Part shown: in pieces, positions 10,739 through 19,886 of the stretch | How the letters are laid out: each line of letters starts with the position of its first letter | Numbering within the stretch: the stretch's first letter is position 1 | Assembly: GCA_963754315.1 (NCBI GenBank) | Contig: CAVWFS010000002.1 | Coordinates: 29,156-93,155, forward strand | Length of the DNA stretch: 64,000 nucleotides | DNA from: an uncultured Candidatus Rokubacteria bacterium | Lineage (GTDB): Bacteria > Methylomirabilota > Methylomirabilia > Rokubacteriales > CSP1-6 | Direction of reading: 5' to 3' | The notes under the pieces: model-generated | The model's input: only the letters and a program-made list of their open reading frames with translations | Databases searched by the model: none | Told to the model about the DNA's origin: nothing | Program-made: the position numbers and the translations under genes

Positions 10739-10824
10739 GCCCGCCAATGCCGGAGGGCAAACCCCGCCAGACCGGCGGGAGTACAAGAGGGGCTTGAAGA
10801 CCCCCGCAAAGAGAGGTCGCAGGA

Positions 10825-11025
10825 ATGGCACAGGGACAAGTCAAGTGGTTCAACGATGCAAAGGGGTACGGCTTCATCACTCAGGAGGGCGGTGAGGACG
10901 TGTTCGTCCACTACAGCGCCATCCAGGCCAACGGCTTCAAGAGTCTCTCCGAGGGAGATCGGGTCGAGTTCGAGGTGACGCGCGGCCCGAAGGGTCTTCA
11001 GGCAGCGAACGTCCGGAAAGTCTAG
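10825..11025 (+). CDS. cspA: cold-shock protein (CspA family)
   Basis: [34 protein letters not shown]. 66 aa. Confidence 0.96.
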   Translation: MAQGQVKWFNDAKGYGFITQEGGEDVFVHYSAIQANGFKSLSEGDRVEFEVTRGPKGLQAANVRKV

Positions 11026-11040
11026 CTCACCCCGCCTGTT

Positions 11041-11070
11041 CCTCCCGGGTCCGCCGGCGGACCCGGGAGG
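11041..11070. terminator. perfect GC-rich palindrome downstream of csp
   Basis: cctcccgggtccgccggcggacccgggagg is self-complementary. No strong U-tract on the plus strand. Confidence 0.5.
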
Positions 11071-11125
11071 TCCTCACCTGATCCGCGGCTTCTGCTCTCG
11101 ACCCACAGAAGGCTCGACGTCACGC

Positions 11126-11465
11126 AAAAAAAGAAGCCCCGACGATGTTTGCGACGCGACCTCGTCCTGCGTGCGCGTCACCCCGCTGGTGTCGGCGGGA
11201 TCGTCGGGGCCGGTGGTGCCTGGGTCCCCAGGCGCTCCACCTTGAGCTAGCGTGGAATTGCCTAGGAGGCAACCACCTCACAGATCACCGTAGGTTTACA
11301 CATCGGCTGGATCACCTCCTATTCTCGGCAAGGGCACCACGCGGGCCCAGTCCCACTCGCCCAGAACCGGATGCCGATTCCCGGACCGGGGCTCGGTCAC
11401 GTTCAGCCGCCGGCGGAATTGTCGGCGGGGACGCTGGAGGAGCGCTGTGACGCTCCGACCGACTT
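11126..11465 (-). ncRNA. putative structured small transcript carrying a 13-codon ORF
   Basis: Candidate -10 TAGGAT (11477-11472), several hairpins, SD plus sORF, then an 11-bp closing stem (11200-11210/11136-11146) and TTCTTTTTTT. Confidence 0.55.
11262..11303 (-). CDS. small peptide MCKPTVICEVVAS (13 aa) with an extended Shine-Dalgarno
   Basis: AGGAGGTGATCCAGCCG directly followed by ATG TGT AAA CCT ACG GTG ATC TGT GAG GTG GTT GCC TCC TAG. Confidence 0.6.
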   Translation of the reverse strand: MCKPTVICEVVAS

Positions 11466-11524
11466 GAACCTATCCTACATGAGCCGCCTCAAACACAAAG
11501 GGAAAATTACGGCGCGGGTCGCGA

Positions 11525-11881
11525 TCAGCGAACCACGATGCGCGGACGGTTCTTCTCCCAGACCGCGTCTCCTACGCCCTCGACTTTCTTGATGTCATCG
11601 GGTTTCTTGAAGGGCCCCCGCGCCTCCCGGTGGGCCATGATGCGCTCGGCGGCTTTTCGGCCGACACCGGTGAGGGTCATCAACTCCTTCACGCCGGCCG
11701 TGTTGATGTTGACGGGTGTCTCGCTCGGAATCGCCACCACCCGCGCGGGACGATCCTTGGCTGAGGGTTCCGGGCGCGTGGCCGGGTCCTCCACACGTCG
11801 GGGACTCTCGGCGGTGGACGGCCAGGGCCCGGAGATCAGAGCGAGGAGCAGAGCGATGAGAGACGCGCGCATGGTGTTCAT
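11525..11881 (-). CDS. ComEA-like helix-hairpin-helix DNA-binding protein with signal peptide
   Basis: VNINTA...LTGVGRKAAERI...GPFK...KKVEGVG. GGAGGA SD before ATG 11881. Confidence 0.88.
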   Translation of the reverse strand: MNTMRASLIALLLALISGPWPSTAESPRRVEDPATRPEPSAKDRPARVVAIPSETPVNINTAGVKELMTLTGVGRKAAERIMAHREARGPFKKPDDIKKVEGVGDAVWEKNRPRIVVR

Positions 11882-12009
11882 AGGTGGTCTCCTCCAGGGA
11901 GCTACGGGTGAGCCGCACGCTCGATGGTGTCGAGCGCCACCATTCAAGCGAGAGCTCCCGGGGGGATCAATGTCCAGTGTTTCAGACACGCCGGACGGAT
12001 ACGTGTGCT

Positions 12010-12309
12010 TCAGTCGATACGGGAGAGTCTGTCGAGGTACTCCTGCCACTCCACGGGCAGCATGGACTTCTTGCGCGTGTTGCAGTCCTTGCAGGCGGGG
12101 ACCACGTTGCCGCGGACACCTTTGCCGCCGCGTCCCAGCGGCACCACATGGTCCATGGTGAGGGCAAGCCGGCCTACCCGTCCCCGGCAGTAGAAGCAGA
12201 TCCCCGCCTCGATCCGCCTTTTCCACCACGGGCTCTGGCGAAGCTCGCGCGAGCGCATCCGCTCCCGCTTGAGAGCGTCGGTGTCCACCGGCACCCACCA
12301 CTCACTCAT
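12010..12309 (-). CDS. small HNH endonuclease
   Basis: CFYC...TMDHVVPLGRGG...NVVPACKDCN. ATG 12309 overlaps the end of the ABC-F gene. Confidence 0.9.
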   Translation of the reverse strand: MSEWWVPVDTDALKRERMRSRELRQSPWWKRRIEAGICFYCRGRVGRLALTMDHVVPLGRGGKGVRGNVVPACKDCNTRKKSMLPVEWQEYLDRLSRID

Positions 12310-14191
12310 GGGCGACCACCCGCGCGGAGAGTTCCTCCCACTCGCGCAACAGTCCGGCCACCTGGGTCTCGGTATCGGCCCGCTCGCGCGTGGCCGCGCG
12401 CACCCGCTCGCCATCGGCGTAGAGCAGCGGATCGCCGAACACGGTCGTCAGCTCGGCCAGCCGCGCCTCCAGAGCGTGGATCTTCGCCTCGAGATCCCCG
12501 AGACGCTGGCGCAGCTCGCGTCCGCCGGACGAGCTGCGCGGACGACGGGAGGGGGCGGCCACTCTGGCCGCCGGCGCCACGGTCTCCACGGCCGTCGGCA
12601 CGTGACGGGCCTTGGCGTCGCGATAGTCGTCATAGCTGCCGAGGTAGGCCGTGAGCGCACCCCCCTCGACTTCCACGACCTTGGTGGCGATCCGATTGAT
12701 GAAGTACCGGTCGTGCGAGATGAACACGATGGTGCCCGGGAAGGCGGCCAGCGCCTCCTCCAGCACCTCGCGGGAAGCCAGGTCGAGGTGGTTCGTGGGC
12801 TCGTCGAGGGCCAGCAAAGCGGCCGGCCGCACCAGCATTCTGGCCAGCGCCACCCGCGCCTTCTCCCCTCCCGACAGGACGGCAACCCGCTTGTCGACGT
12901 CGTCCCCGGAGAACAGAAACGCGCCGAGGATACTGCGCAAGCGGGTCTGGGTGGCCGTGGGTGCCACCGACTCCAGTTCCTCGAGCGCCGTGCGGGTCGG
13001 ATCGAGGGCGTCGAGCTGGTGCTGGGCATAGTAGTGCACCGTCACGTGCGTCCCCAGGACGCGTTCCCCCTTTTCGAAGGGCAGAACAGCGGCCAGGATT
13101 CGCAGCAAGGTCGACTTGCCGGCGCCGTTGGCTCCGACGAGGGCGACCCTCTCCCCGCGCTCCACCTCGAAGCCGATCCCGGTGTAGACGACCTTGTCAC
13201 CGTAGGCCTTGTGGACATCGCGCAGCGAGGCCACGCGTCGACCCGTCCGTGGAGGCTCGGGAAAGGCAAAATGAATCTTCCGCAGGGGGCCGGACAGCTC
13301 GATTCGCTCCACGCGCTCGAGCATCTTGATGCGGCTTTGCACCTGGCGCGCCTTGGAGGCCTTGTAGCGGAAGCGCTCGATGAAGCGCTCGACCTCCGCC
13401 ACCCGCTTGGCCTGATTCCGGGCCCGGGCCTCGAGCAGCTCGCGGCGGGCGGCGCGCTCCACGAGGAAATCGTCGTAGTCGCCCTGGTAAATCGCGAGCC
13501 CCGACGGCCCCAGGTCGGCGATCGATGTCACCATGCGGTTCAGAAAGTACCGATCGTGGGCCACCACCACCACCGCTCCCTCGTAGCTCGTCAGGAACGT
13601 CTCCAGCCAGGCCAGCGACTCGAGGTCGAGATGGTTGGTCGGCTCGTCCAGCAGGAGCAGCGAGGGCCGCAACAGGAGCAGGCGGGCCAGCGCCGCTCGC
13701 ATGCGCCAGCCTCCCGAAAACTCGACGAGCGGCCGGGCAATGTCCGCCGGCGAAAACCCGAGGCCAGCCAGGATGGCCTTGGCTTCCGTCTCGAGCCGGT
13801 ATCCCCCCGCCGCCTCGAACCGTTGCTGGAGATCGCCGTACCGATGGGTGAGCGCCTCATCGGGCGTTCTGGCCAGAGCCTCACCGACTTGCTCCATCTC
13901 GTGCTCGATGGCCCAGACATCGGCAAAGCCACTCAGCGCCTCCTGGAGGACCGAGCCGGCCGCCGAACCGGCTACCTCCTGCGGGAGGTAGCCGATCGAC
14001 GCCTCTCGCGCCCGGACGACCCGTCCCTCATCCAGATCCTCGGTCCCGGCGAGAATGCGGCAGAGTGTGGTCTTCCCGGCGCCGTTGGGCCCGACCAGTC
14101 CGATGCGTTCTCCGCCGCTGATGCGCCACGTGAGATCGCGAAACAGGACCCGACCGCCGTAGCTCTTGGCCGCCCCCTCGATCTGGATCAC
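12302..14191 (-). CDS. ABC-F family ATPase (ribosome-associated, Uup/YheS-like)
   Basis: Two ABC cassettes (GPNGAGKT, FSGGW, DEPTNHLD twice), no TM segments, C-terminal coiled coil. Confidence 0.93.
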   Translation of the reverse strand: MIQIEGAAKSYGGRVLFRDLTWRISGGERIGLVGPNGAGKTTLCRILAGTEDLDEGRVVRAREASIGYLPQEVAGSAAGSVLQEALSGFADVWAIEHEMEQVGEALARTPDEALTHRYGDLQQRFEAAGGYRLETEAKAILAGLGFSPADIARPLVEFSGGWRMRAALARLLLLRPSLLLLDEPTNHLDLESLAWLETFLTSYEGAVVVVAHDRYFLNRMVTSIADLGPSGLAIYQGDYDDFLVERAARRELLEARARNQAKRVAEVERFIERFRYKASKARQVQSRIKMLERVERIELSGPLRKIHFAFPEPPRTGRRVASLRDVHKAYGDKVVYTGIGFEVERGERVALVGANGAGKSTLLRILAAVLPFEKGERVLGTHVTVHYYAQHQLDALDPTRTALEELESVAPTATQTRLRSILGAFLFSGDDVDKRVAVLSGGEKARVALARMLVRPAALLALDEPTNHLDLASREVLEEALAAFPGTIVFISHDRYFINRIATKVVEVEGGALTAYLGSYDDYRDAKARHVPTAVETVAPAARVAAPSRRPRSSSGGRELRQRLGDLEAKIHALEARLAELTTVFGDPLLYADGERVRAATRERADTETQVAGLLREWEELSARVVAHE

Positions 14192-14230
14192 GCCCTACCC
14201 CATGACACTTTCGCGAAGCTCCAGCACGTC

Positions 14231-14626
14231 CTACCCCATGGTCTGGACACGATCGGCCGCGATCTTCACGGTCACCCGCACCTCACCGGGCCGGCGGTAC
14301 GGGTACGTGTCCTGTCCGAGGTATTTCTTGGCGAGCGAGTCGATGTGGGCGTCGGCGCCGCGTTCGGTCATCTCCACCACGCGGCCTCGTATCTGAAGAT
14401 AGCGGTACGGGTTATCGGGATCCAGGATCGAGAGCGCCACCCGTGGATTCGCCTGGAGGTTCTTGTCCTTGACGCGGCCACGTGCGGTGTTGAAGCGCAC
14501 ATGGGTGCCGTCGAAGTCGACCCACACCGGCGTTGACTGCGGCGAGCCATCAGCGGAGACGGTCGCCAGGTGGGCAAAAGCCTTCTTCTCGAGGAGATCC
14601 CGGTAGTCGGCAGGAATGCTGGCCAT
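14231..14626 (-). CDS. PPOX-class F420/flavin-dependent oxidoreductase
   Basis: AHLATVSADGSPQSTPVW, KDKNLQANPRVALSI, NPYRYLQIRG. Confidence 0.88.
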   Translation of the reverse strand: MASIPADYRDLLEKKAFAHLATVSADGSPQSTPVWVDFDGTHVRFNTARGRVKDKNLQANPRVALSILDPDNPYRYLQIRGRVVEMTERGADAHIDSLAKKYLGQDTYPYRRPGEVRVTVKIAADRVQTMG

Positions 14627-14638
14627 AATAAAATCTCC

Positions 14639-15172
14639 TTAGGAGCTTCCTTCGGGGTCAGGGTCCTTCGGGGGCGGCGCGAGGAGCTGAGTGGCGCGCG
14701 CTTCCGCCATCGTCCGCAGGGCGAAGAGCGTCCGTACGAGGCACTGCTGGACCAGCGCAAGATCCTTGCTGAACGGGTCGGCCAGCCACTCGCGCGTCCA
14801 CGTTCCCTTCTCGGAGCTGAAGCCCAGGGTCGGAGACAACGCCTGCAGGCGCAGGAGCAGGTCGTCGGAAGGCAATCCTGACGCCCGGAGCTTTGCCACC
14901 ACCGCCGTGCGCACGGCGGCGTTCCAGATACCGGTGAGGCCCTCCAGGAGGGCGCCATAGCAGGTCAGCTCTCCCTTGTCCTGAAACTGCTGCAGGACGG
15001 CTGGCACCAGGGCGTTCACAACGGCGTCACCCTCGTCGTCCACCCCGAAGAACGGACCGACAAGTGGATCCTGGTGAGGCGCCGCAAGACTCTGCAACAG
15101 CGCGATGGCCGAGGCAGCCGGCACGGGGTCGAGCTGGGCCAGACGCTCGAGCAGCGGCGCATCCCTGGCCAC
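14639..15172 (-). CDS. hypothetical protein
   Basis: C-terminal 177 aa of ORF 14639..16822 look protein-like (MARDAPLLERLAQLDP...). GTG start 2 nt after the MFS stop. Confidence 0.6.
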   Translation of the reverse strand: MARDAPLLERLAQLDPVPAASAIALLQSLAAPHQDPLVGPFFGVDDEGDAVVNALVPAVLQQFQDKGELTCYGALLEGLTGIWNAAVRTAVVAKLRASGLPSDDLLLRLQALSPTLGFSSEKGTWTREWLADPFSKDLALVQQCLVRTLFALRTMAEARATQLLAPPPKDPDPEGSS

Positions 15173-15174
15173 GG

Positions 15175-16587
15175 CTAGCTCCCGACCCCCGTGGGCTCGC
15201 CACGCATCTCGGCCCGTGCGAGCTCCTGCGCTCGACCGGCAGGAACCAGAAAGGCGGACAGGAAAGCGGCGCCGCACACGATCGCTCCCGCCACGAAGAC
15301 ACCGTGGAGCGCAGACCCGATGGCCATACCCTCCTGGAGCCGCTGGGTCATGATCGTCCCCATCACGGAGAGACCGATCGCGCCGCCGACCGTGCGGAAG
15401 AACTGGATCACCGAGGTCGTCGCCCCGAGGTCGTGACGGGGAACGGCGCTCTGGGCGGCGATCAGCATCGGAACGAATACGAGGCCCATGCCGATGCCCG
15501 CCAGGAGCGAATGCGCCATGGCCGCCCCTGGCGTGAGCGCCTCCGTCCAGCTGGCGAAGAACAGGAACGCCACCGTGAGGCACGCCATGCCAGCCACCAC
15601 CAGGCTCCGGTAGCCCAGTCGCAAGACGAGGCGCGCGCTCGTCGCCGACATGCTGACCCAGCCAAGGACGAAGGGGGTCAGCACGAAGCCGGCGGTCGTG
15701 GCCGATGTCTCGAGCACGGCCTGCATGAAGAGCGGGATGAACGAGATGGCGCCGAACATGGCCATGCCCGAGAGGCATCCCGTGACGAGAGCGGCCAGCA
15801 CCATGCGATTGCCGAACAGACGCAGGGGGACGATGGGCTCCCGCGCGCGCCGCTCTGCCCTCACAAAACCCATGAGGACCACGCCGGCCAGGACGAGCAG
15901 CCCGATCACCTCGACCCGCAGCCACGACCCGCCGCGGCCTGCCTCGGCCACGCCGAGCAGCAAGGCCGTGACGCCGGTCGCGAAGAGGCAGAGTCCGGGA
16001 TAGTCGATGGTGAGGGGCCGGCGCTGGACATTCTCCCGGGCAAGGCCGCTCGCGATCAAGGCCATGGCCAGCAGTCCAAACGGCAGGTTGATGAAGAAGA
16101 CCCAGCGCCAGGACGCATGATCGCTCAGCGCGCCGCCCAGGAGCGGACCGATCAACGCGGCCAGTCCCCACACACCCGAGATGTAGCCCTGCTTCTTGGC
16201 CCGCTGCTCGAGCCCGTACAGGTCCCCCACGATCGTCATCCCGACCGTGATGAGCGAGCCGGCGCCGAGCCCCTGCAGCATGCGAAAGGCGATGAGCTGC
16301 CCCATGTTCTGCGCGAACCCTGACAGGCCTGAGCCCACCAGGAAGAAGCACATCCCCATCACGTACACGGGGCGCCGACCGATCAGATCGGACAGGCGGC
16401 CCCAGAGCGGCATGGTCACCGTCGAGGTGAGCAGAAAACCCGAGAAGACCCAGGAGTAGATTTCCATCCCCCCGAGCGCCGCCACCACCGTGGGCATGGC
16501 CGTCGCCACCACCGTCGACTCCATCGCCGCCAGGAAGATGGAGAGCATGACGCCGAGGAAGACGCGACGGCGGGCTTCGGGATCCAT
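15175..16587 (-). CDS. MFS drug:H+ antiporter (DHA2/MDR family)
   Basis: [35 protein letters not shown]. About 14 TM segments. Confidence 0.92.
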   Translation of the reverse strand: MDPEARRRVFLGVMLSIFLAAMESTVVATAMPTVVAALGGMEIYSWVFSGFLLTSTVTMPLWGRLSDLIGRRPVYVMGMCFFLVGSGLSGFAQNMGQLIAFRMLQGLGAGSLITVGMTIVGDLYGLEQRAKKQGYISGVWGLAALIGPLLGGALSDHASWRWVFFINLPFGLLAMALIASGLARENVQRRPLTIDYPGLCLFATGVTALLLGVAEAGRGGSWLRVEVIGLLVLAGVVLMGFVRAERRAREPIVPLRLFGNRMVLAALVTGCLSGMAMFGAISFIPLFMQAVLETSATTAGFVLTPFVLGWVSMSATSARLVLRLGYRSLVVAGMACLTVAFLFFASWTEALTPGAAMAHSLLAGIGMGLVFVPMLIAAQSAVPRHDLGATTSVIQFFRTVGGAIGLSVMGTIMTQRLQEGMAIGSALHGVFVAGAIVCGAAFLSAFLVPAGRAQELARAEMRGEPTGVGS

Positions 16588-16590
16588 CCC

Positions 16591-16917
16591 TCAGTGCCCC
16601 CCGGTGCAGCCCGCACACTTGCAGAGGGCGCGCAGATCGGCATACGGCCACAGGCTCTGGTGGGCATCTGCCCACACCACGCGCAAGCCCCCGTCGGTCT
16701 TCACGATGTCCTTGGGCCATCCCTGGGCGGGGGTGAGCGCCGGCAGCTCCGCGCAGGAGCCGCACGAGCAATCGTGTCGCAGGCGATCGAAGGGAAAGAT
16801 GCTTCCATGGTTGTCGGACCACGTGACGCCCACCGCGTAGCGGCCCACGAGATGGACGTCCTTGGGCACGTTGGGATCAGGCTGCCCGAGCAGGGGCAGC
16901 AGCACCTTCTTGTTCAC
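16591..16917 (-). CDS. tandem DUF971/GBBH N-terminal-like metal-binding protein
   Basis: Two copies of W-x-D-x-H-x-S...LR-x2-C-x-C-x2-C. GTG start overlaps the alkA stop. Confidence 0.75.
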   Translation of the reverse strand: MNKKVLLPLLGQPDPNVPKDVHLVGRYAVGVTWSDNHGSIFPFDRLRHDCSCGSCAELPALTPAQGWPKDIVKTDGGLRVVWADAHQSLWPYADLRALCKCAGCTGGH

Positions 16918-17834
16918 GCGGCCCCTCCCGCCTGGGGTCGTGCGAGCCGCAGGCCAGCCAGGAGGTAGTGCACAGCCAGAGTCTGGTGCTGGCCCCACAC
17001 CTGGGCGCGGCGGCGGATCGCTCGTTCGCTGAGCGCCCGACCGCGCGGATGGCTTGCCGCGAACGCCTTCCGCACTGCGAGATCGCCGGCCGGGCACACG
17101 TCGCCTCGGCCAAGGCATCGGGCGAGAAACCAGTCCGCTGTCCAGCGGCCCAGCCCGCGCTGGGCCGTGATGACCTCGATGACCTTCGCGCTGGCCACGC
17201 CGAGCAGGCCGTCGAGGTCCAGGGCACGCGAGACCGTCGCACGGGCGAGATCGCGGATGTACTCGGCCTTGCGCGTCGAGAACTGCATGGCGCGCAACGT
17301 GGCCAGGCGGCTCTGCGCAAGGGCGGTCGCCGTCGGGAAGGCATGGACCGTCTGGCCATCGAGCCGGGCGGGCTCGCCGTAGTGTCGAACCAGACGCGCG
17401 CGCAATGCAAAGGCAAAGGACAGGTTGACCTGCTGCGCGGTGATCGCGCCGACCAGCATCTCGAGCGGGCACGGGGTCACGGTTGGTCGAAGTCCGTACA
17501 GCGGCTCGATCAGGCTCGCCAGAGCAGGATCCGCCTTGGCCATGCGATAGAACTCGGGGAGATCGAAGCCGAGCCCGAAGATGAGCCGGACTTCGGCTGC
17601 CACCCCGTCGGCGAGGTGAGGGCCGCGCGCCCCAGGAATCTCCACGACCAGCTGAGCGGCGTCGACGGGACCTACCGCGCGAACCGTGTAGGGCCAGAGA
17701 CGGTCCCCATCCCGACGGACGCGCAGGAACGTATCCCCGACGAGACGATTGGCGGGATCCTCGCCCCACAGCCGGTAACGCGCCAGCGTCTTCGACACAT
17801 CGAGCGGACCTTCCACGGCGAGCACGATCTTCAT
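16914..17834 (-). CDS. alkA: DNA-3-methyladenine glycosylase II family (AlkA-like, HhH-GPD)
   Basis: AITAQQV, AFPT, RKAEYI, RGLGRWTADW, PAGDLAVRK. Confidence 0.85.
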   Translation of the reverse strand: MKIVLAVEGPLDVSKTLARYRLWGEDPANRLVGDTFLRVRRDGDRLWPYTVRAVGPVDAAQLVVEIPGARGPHLADGVAAEVRLIFGLGFDLPEFYRMAKADPALASLIEPLYGLRPTVTPCPLEMLVGAITAQQVNLSFAFALRARLVRHYGEPARLDGQTVHAFPTATALAQSRLATLRAMQFSTRKAEYIRDLARATVSRALDLDGLLGVASAKVIEVITAQRGLGRWTADWFLARCLGRGDVCPAGDLAVRKAFAASHPRGRALSERAIRRRAQVWGQHQTLAVHYLLAGLRLARPQAGGAA

Positions 17835-17877
17835 GCGGCGAACCCCTGAAGTGTACCAGAGTGGATTGAGGCGGCTT

Positions 17878-18021
17878 TGGGGGAGCCCTTTTCGAGACCC
17901 CAGTCGCTTGGGGGCCCTTTCGAGGCCCCCGCAACGAGCGTGTTCCAGAGGGGCGCCACGGGTTTCCCGGGGCGTCCCGAACATCCGGGGGGCTCTTGGG
18001 GGGCCCTTTCGGGGCCCCCCA
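17878..18021 (-). repeat. palindromic REP/BIME-like repeat family B
   Basis: Reverse complement of the 23539-23750 unit: GGGGCC-TCGAAAG-GGCCCCCC hairpin plus GGGCG(C/T)CCCGGG-AAA-CCCGTGGCGCCCC-type hairpin. Confidence 0.85.
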
Positions 18022-18026
18022 CCAGG

Positions 18027-19847
18027 TCAATGCTTCAGGTGGTAGGGGACGTCGGTCACGATCACGTTCCTCCGGAAGAGCATGGAAGCCTTCACGAGCA
18101 GGGCGGTCTGGTTGTGGAGCAGATGGTGCCACCAGACCCGTGGCACGAACTCCGGAAGAATGATGGTGACGATGTGGTCATCATCATGGCCTTGCAGGTG
18201 ATCGATGTACTCGCGCAGCGGCCCCATCAGCGACCGGTAGGGGGAAGCCAGGACGATGAGGGGTACGCCCATGCCCCACTTGCCCCATTTCTCTTCCAGG
18301 CGGTGAGTCCGTTCGGGATCGACCTCGATGAAGACGGCCTTCGCGTTCGGGGAGAGCGACTGCGCATACTGGAGCGCACGCACCACGCCCCGGTGGAGAT
18401 CGCCGACCAGCACCAGCACGGTATTGCTGATGGGAGGCGGCGCGACCATTCCGTCCGTCGAGAGCTGACGAGCCACCTCCTGGTAGTGACGATGGACGAC
18501 CAGGAAGATGACCACCAGGGCCGGGAGAAGCACGACGACGATCCAGGCGCCGAGGACGAACTTGGTGACCGCGATGGTCAGCATGACGACGGCGGTCACC
18601 ACCGCTCCCACGCCGTTCAGCCAGATTCGCCACCGCCACCCCTCCTCCTTCAGGGTGAGCCAGCGCCGCACCATCCCGCTCTGCGAGAGCGTGAACGACA
18701 GGAACACGCCCACGGCGTAGAGCGGGATGAGGGCGTGCGTGTCGCCGCTGAACGCGATGAGGAGCAACCCGGCCAGGCCTCCCAGGATGATGATGCCGTT
18801 GGAGAAGACCAGCCGGTCGCCCTGCGTCCCGAACTGGCGCGGGATGAAGCGGTCACGCGCCAGGAAGAAGCACAGCCGCGGAAAGTCGGCGAAGGCGGTG
18901 TTGGCGGCCAGGAGCAGGATGAGCATGGTGGCCGCCTGGATGCCGTAGTAGACCGCGCCCGTCCCGAACAGGTGGCGGCCAAGCTGCGAGACCACCGTCT
19001 GTTCCGGGTTCGGCTTGATGCCGAAGTCGTAGGTGAGATAGGTGATCCCGAGGAAGAGGACGATCAGGATCGCGCCGAGCCAGGCCAGAACCCTGCGCGC
19101 ATTCTGCGCCTCCGGGGACTTGAAGGCAGTGACTCCGTCCGACACCGCCTCCACCCCCGTGAGGGCCGCACAGCCTGAGGAGAAGGCGCGCAGGATCAGG
19201 AACAGTCCGATCCCTTCGAGACCCGGGGGATGCGGCTGGTAGGGCGCCTCGGGCACGAAATTGAAAATGGCCCCCAGGGTGCCATAGACAATCATGCCCC
19301 CGAGGCTGAGGATGAAGAGGTAGGTGGGCACCGCAAAGAACTTTCCCGACTCCCGGATTCCGCGCAGGTTGGCGAGCGAGATGATCACGACCGACGCGAG
19401 GCAGAGCAAGACGCGCCAGGGATACAGCGCGGGAACCGCGGACGTGATGGCCGCGACACCGGCCGCCACGCTCACCGCCACCGTGAGCACGTAATCGGTC
19501 ATGAGGGCGGCCCCGGCCACCAGGCCCGGCAACGTGCCGAGGTTGTCCTTGGTCACGAGGTAGGCGCCCCCGCCCTTCGGATAGGCCCGGATGGTCTGGC
19601 TGTACGAGCTCACCACGATGGCGATCAGCGCGCAGATGGCGATCGCAATCGGAAGCGAGTAGCTGAGAGCGACCGAGCCCGCCAGGATGAGCACGAGCAG
19701 GATCTCCTCCGTGGCGTAGGCCACCGAGGACAGGGCGTCGGAGGCGAAGACAGCCAGGGCGGTGCGCTTGTTCAGACGCTCGTGACGGGACTGGGCGGTC
19801 GGAAGGGGGGACCCGACGAAGATCCGCTTCAACCGTGAGGTCGGCAC
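18027..19847 (-). CDS. APC-superfamily KimA/YdaO-like K+ transporter, paralog 1
   Basis: ASDALSSVAY, TDYVLT, LTGVEAVSDG, IPLYAVGVF, and C-terminal SPYRSL...PEF...LHNQT domain. Confidence 0.9.
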   Translation of the reverse strand: MPTSRLKRIFVGSPLPTAQSRHERLNKRTALAVFASDALSSVAYATEEILLVLILAGSVALSYSLPIAIAICALIAIVVSSYSQTIRAYPKGGGAYLVTKDNLGTLPGLVAGAALMTDYVLTVAVSVAAGVAAITSAVPALYPWRVLLCLASVVIISLANLRGIRESGKFFAVPTYLFILSLGGMIVYGTLGAIFNFVPEAPYQPHPPGLEGIGLFLILRAFSSGCAALTGVEAVSDGVTAFKSPEAQNARRVLAWLGAILIVLFLGITYLTYDFGIKPNPEQTVVSQLGRHLFGTGAVYYGIQAATMLILLLAANTAFADFPRLCFFLARDRFIPRQFGTQGDRLVFSNGIIILGGLAGLLLIAFSGDTHALIPLYAVGVFLSFTLSQSGMVRRWLTLKEEGWRWRIWLNGVGAVVTAVVMLTIAVTKFVLGAWIVVVLLPALVVIFLVVHRHYQEVARQLSTDGMVAPPPISNTVLVLVGDLHRGVVRALQYAQSLSPNAKAVFIEVDPERTHRLEEKWGKWGMGVPLIVLASPYRSLMGPLREYIDHLQGHDDDHIVTIILPEFVPRVWWHHLLHNQTALLVKASMLFRRNVIVTDVPYHLKH

Positions 19848-19886
19848 GGTCTCAGATCATACGCCCGGGAGGACCTCCAAGACCCG

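Noticed and set aside
11287..11321. 16S rRNA gene or fragment
   Set aside because: Similarity is limited to two short blocks, with no upstream GTCGTAACAAGG and no rRNA operon context. An antisense SD with sORF explains it better.
11126..11465. tmRNA or 6S RNA
   Set aside because: No tRNA-like acceptor/T-arm ends, and the ORF has its own ATG and SD. No long central-bubble rod was evident by eye. An Rfam search is still advisable.
12010..12309. HNH gene as a mobile homing endonuclease or defence system
   Set aside because: It is a small stand-alone HNH embedded in a housekeeping gene run, with no intron, methylase or other defence genes nearby.
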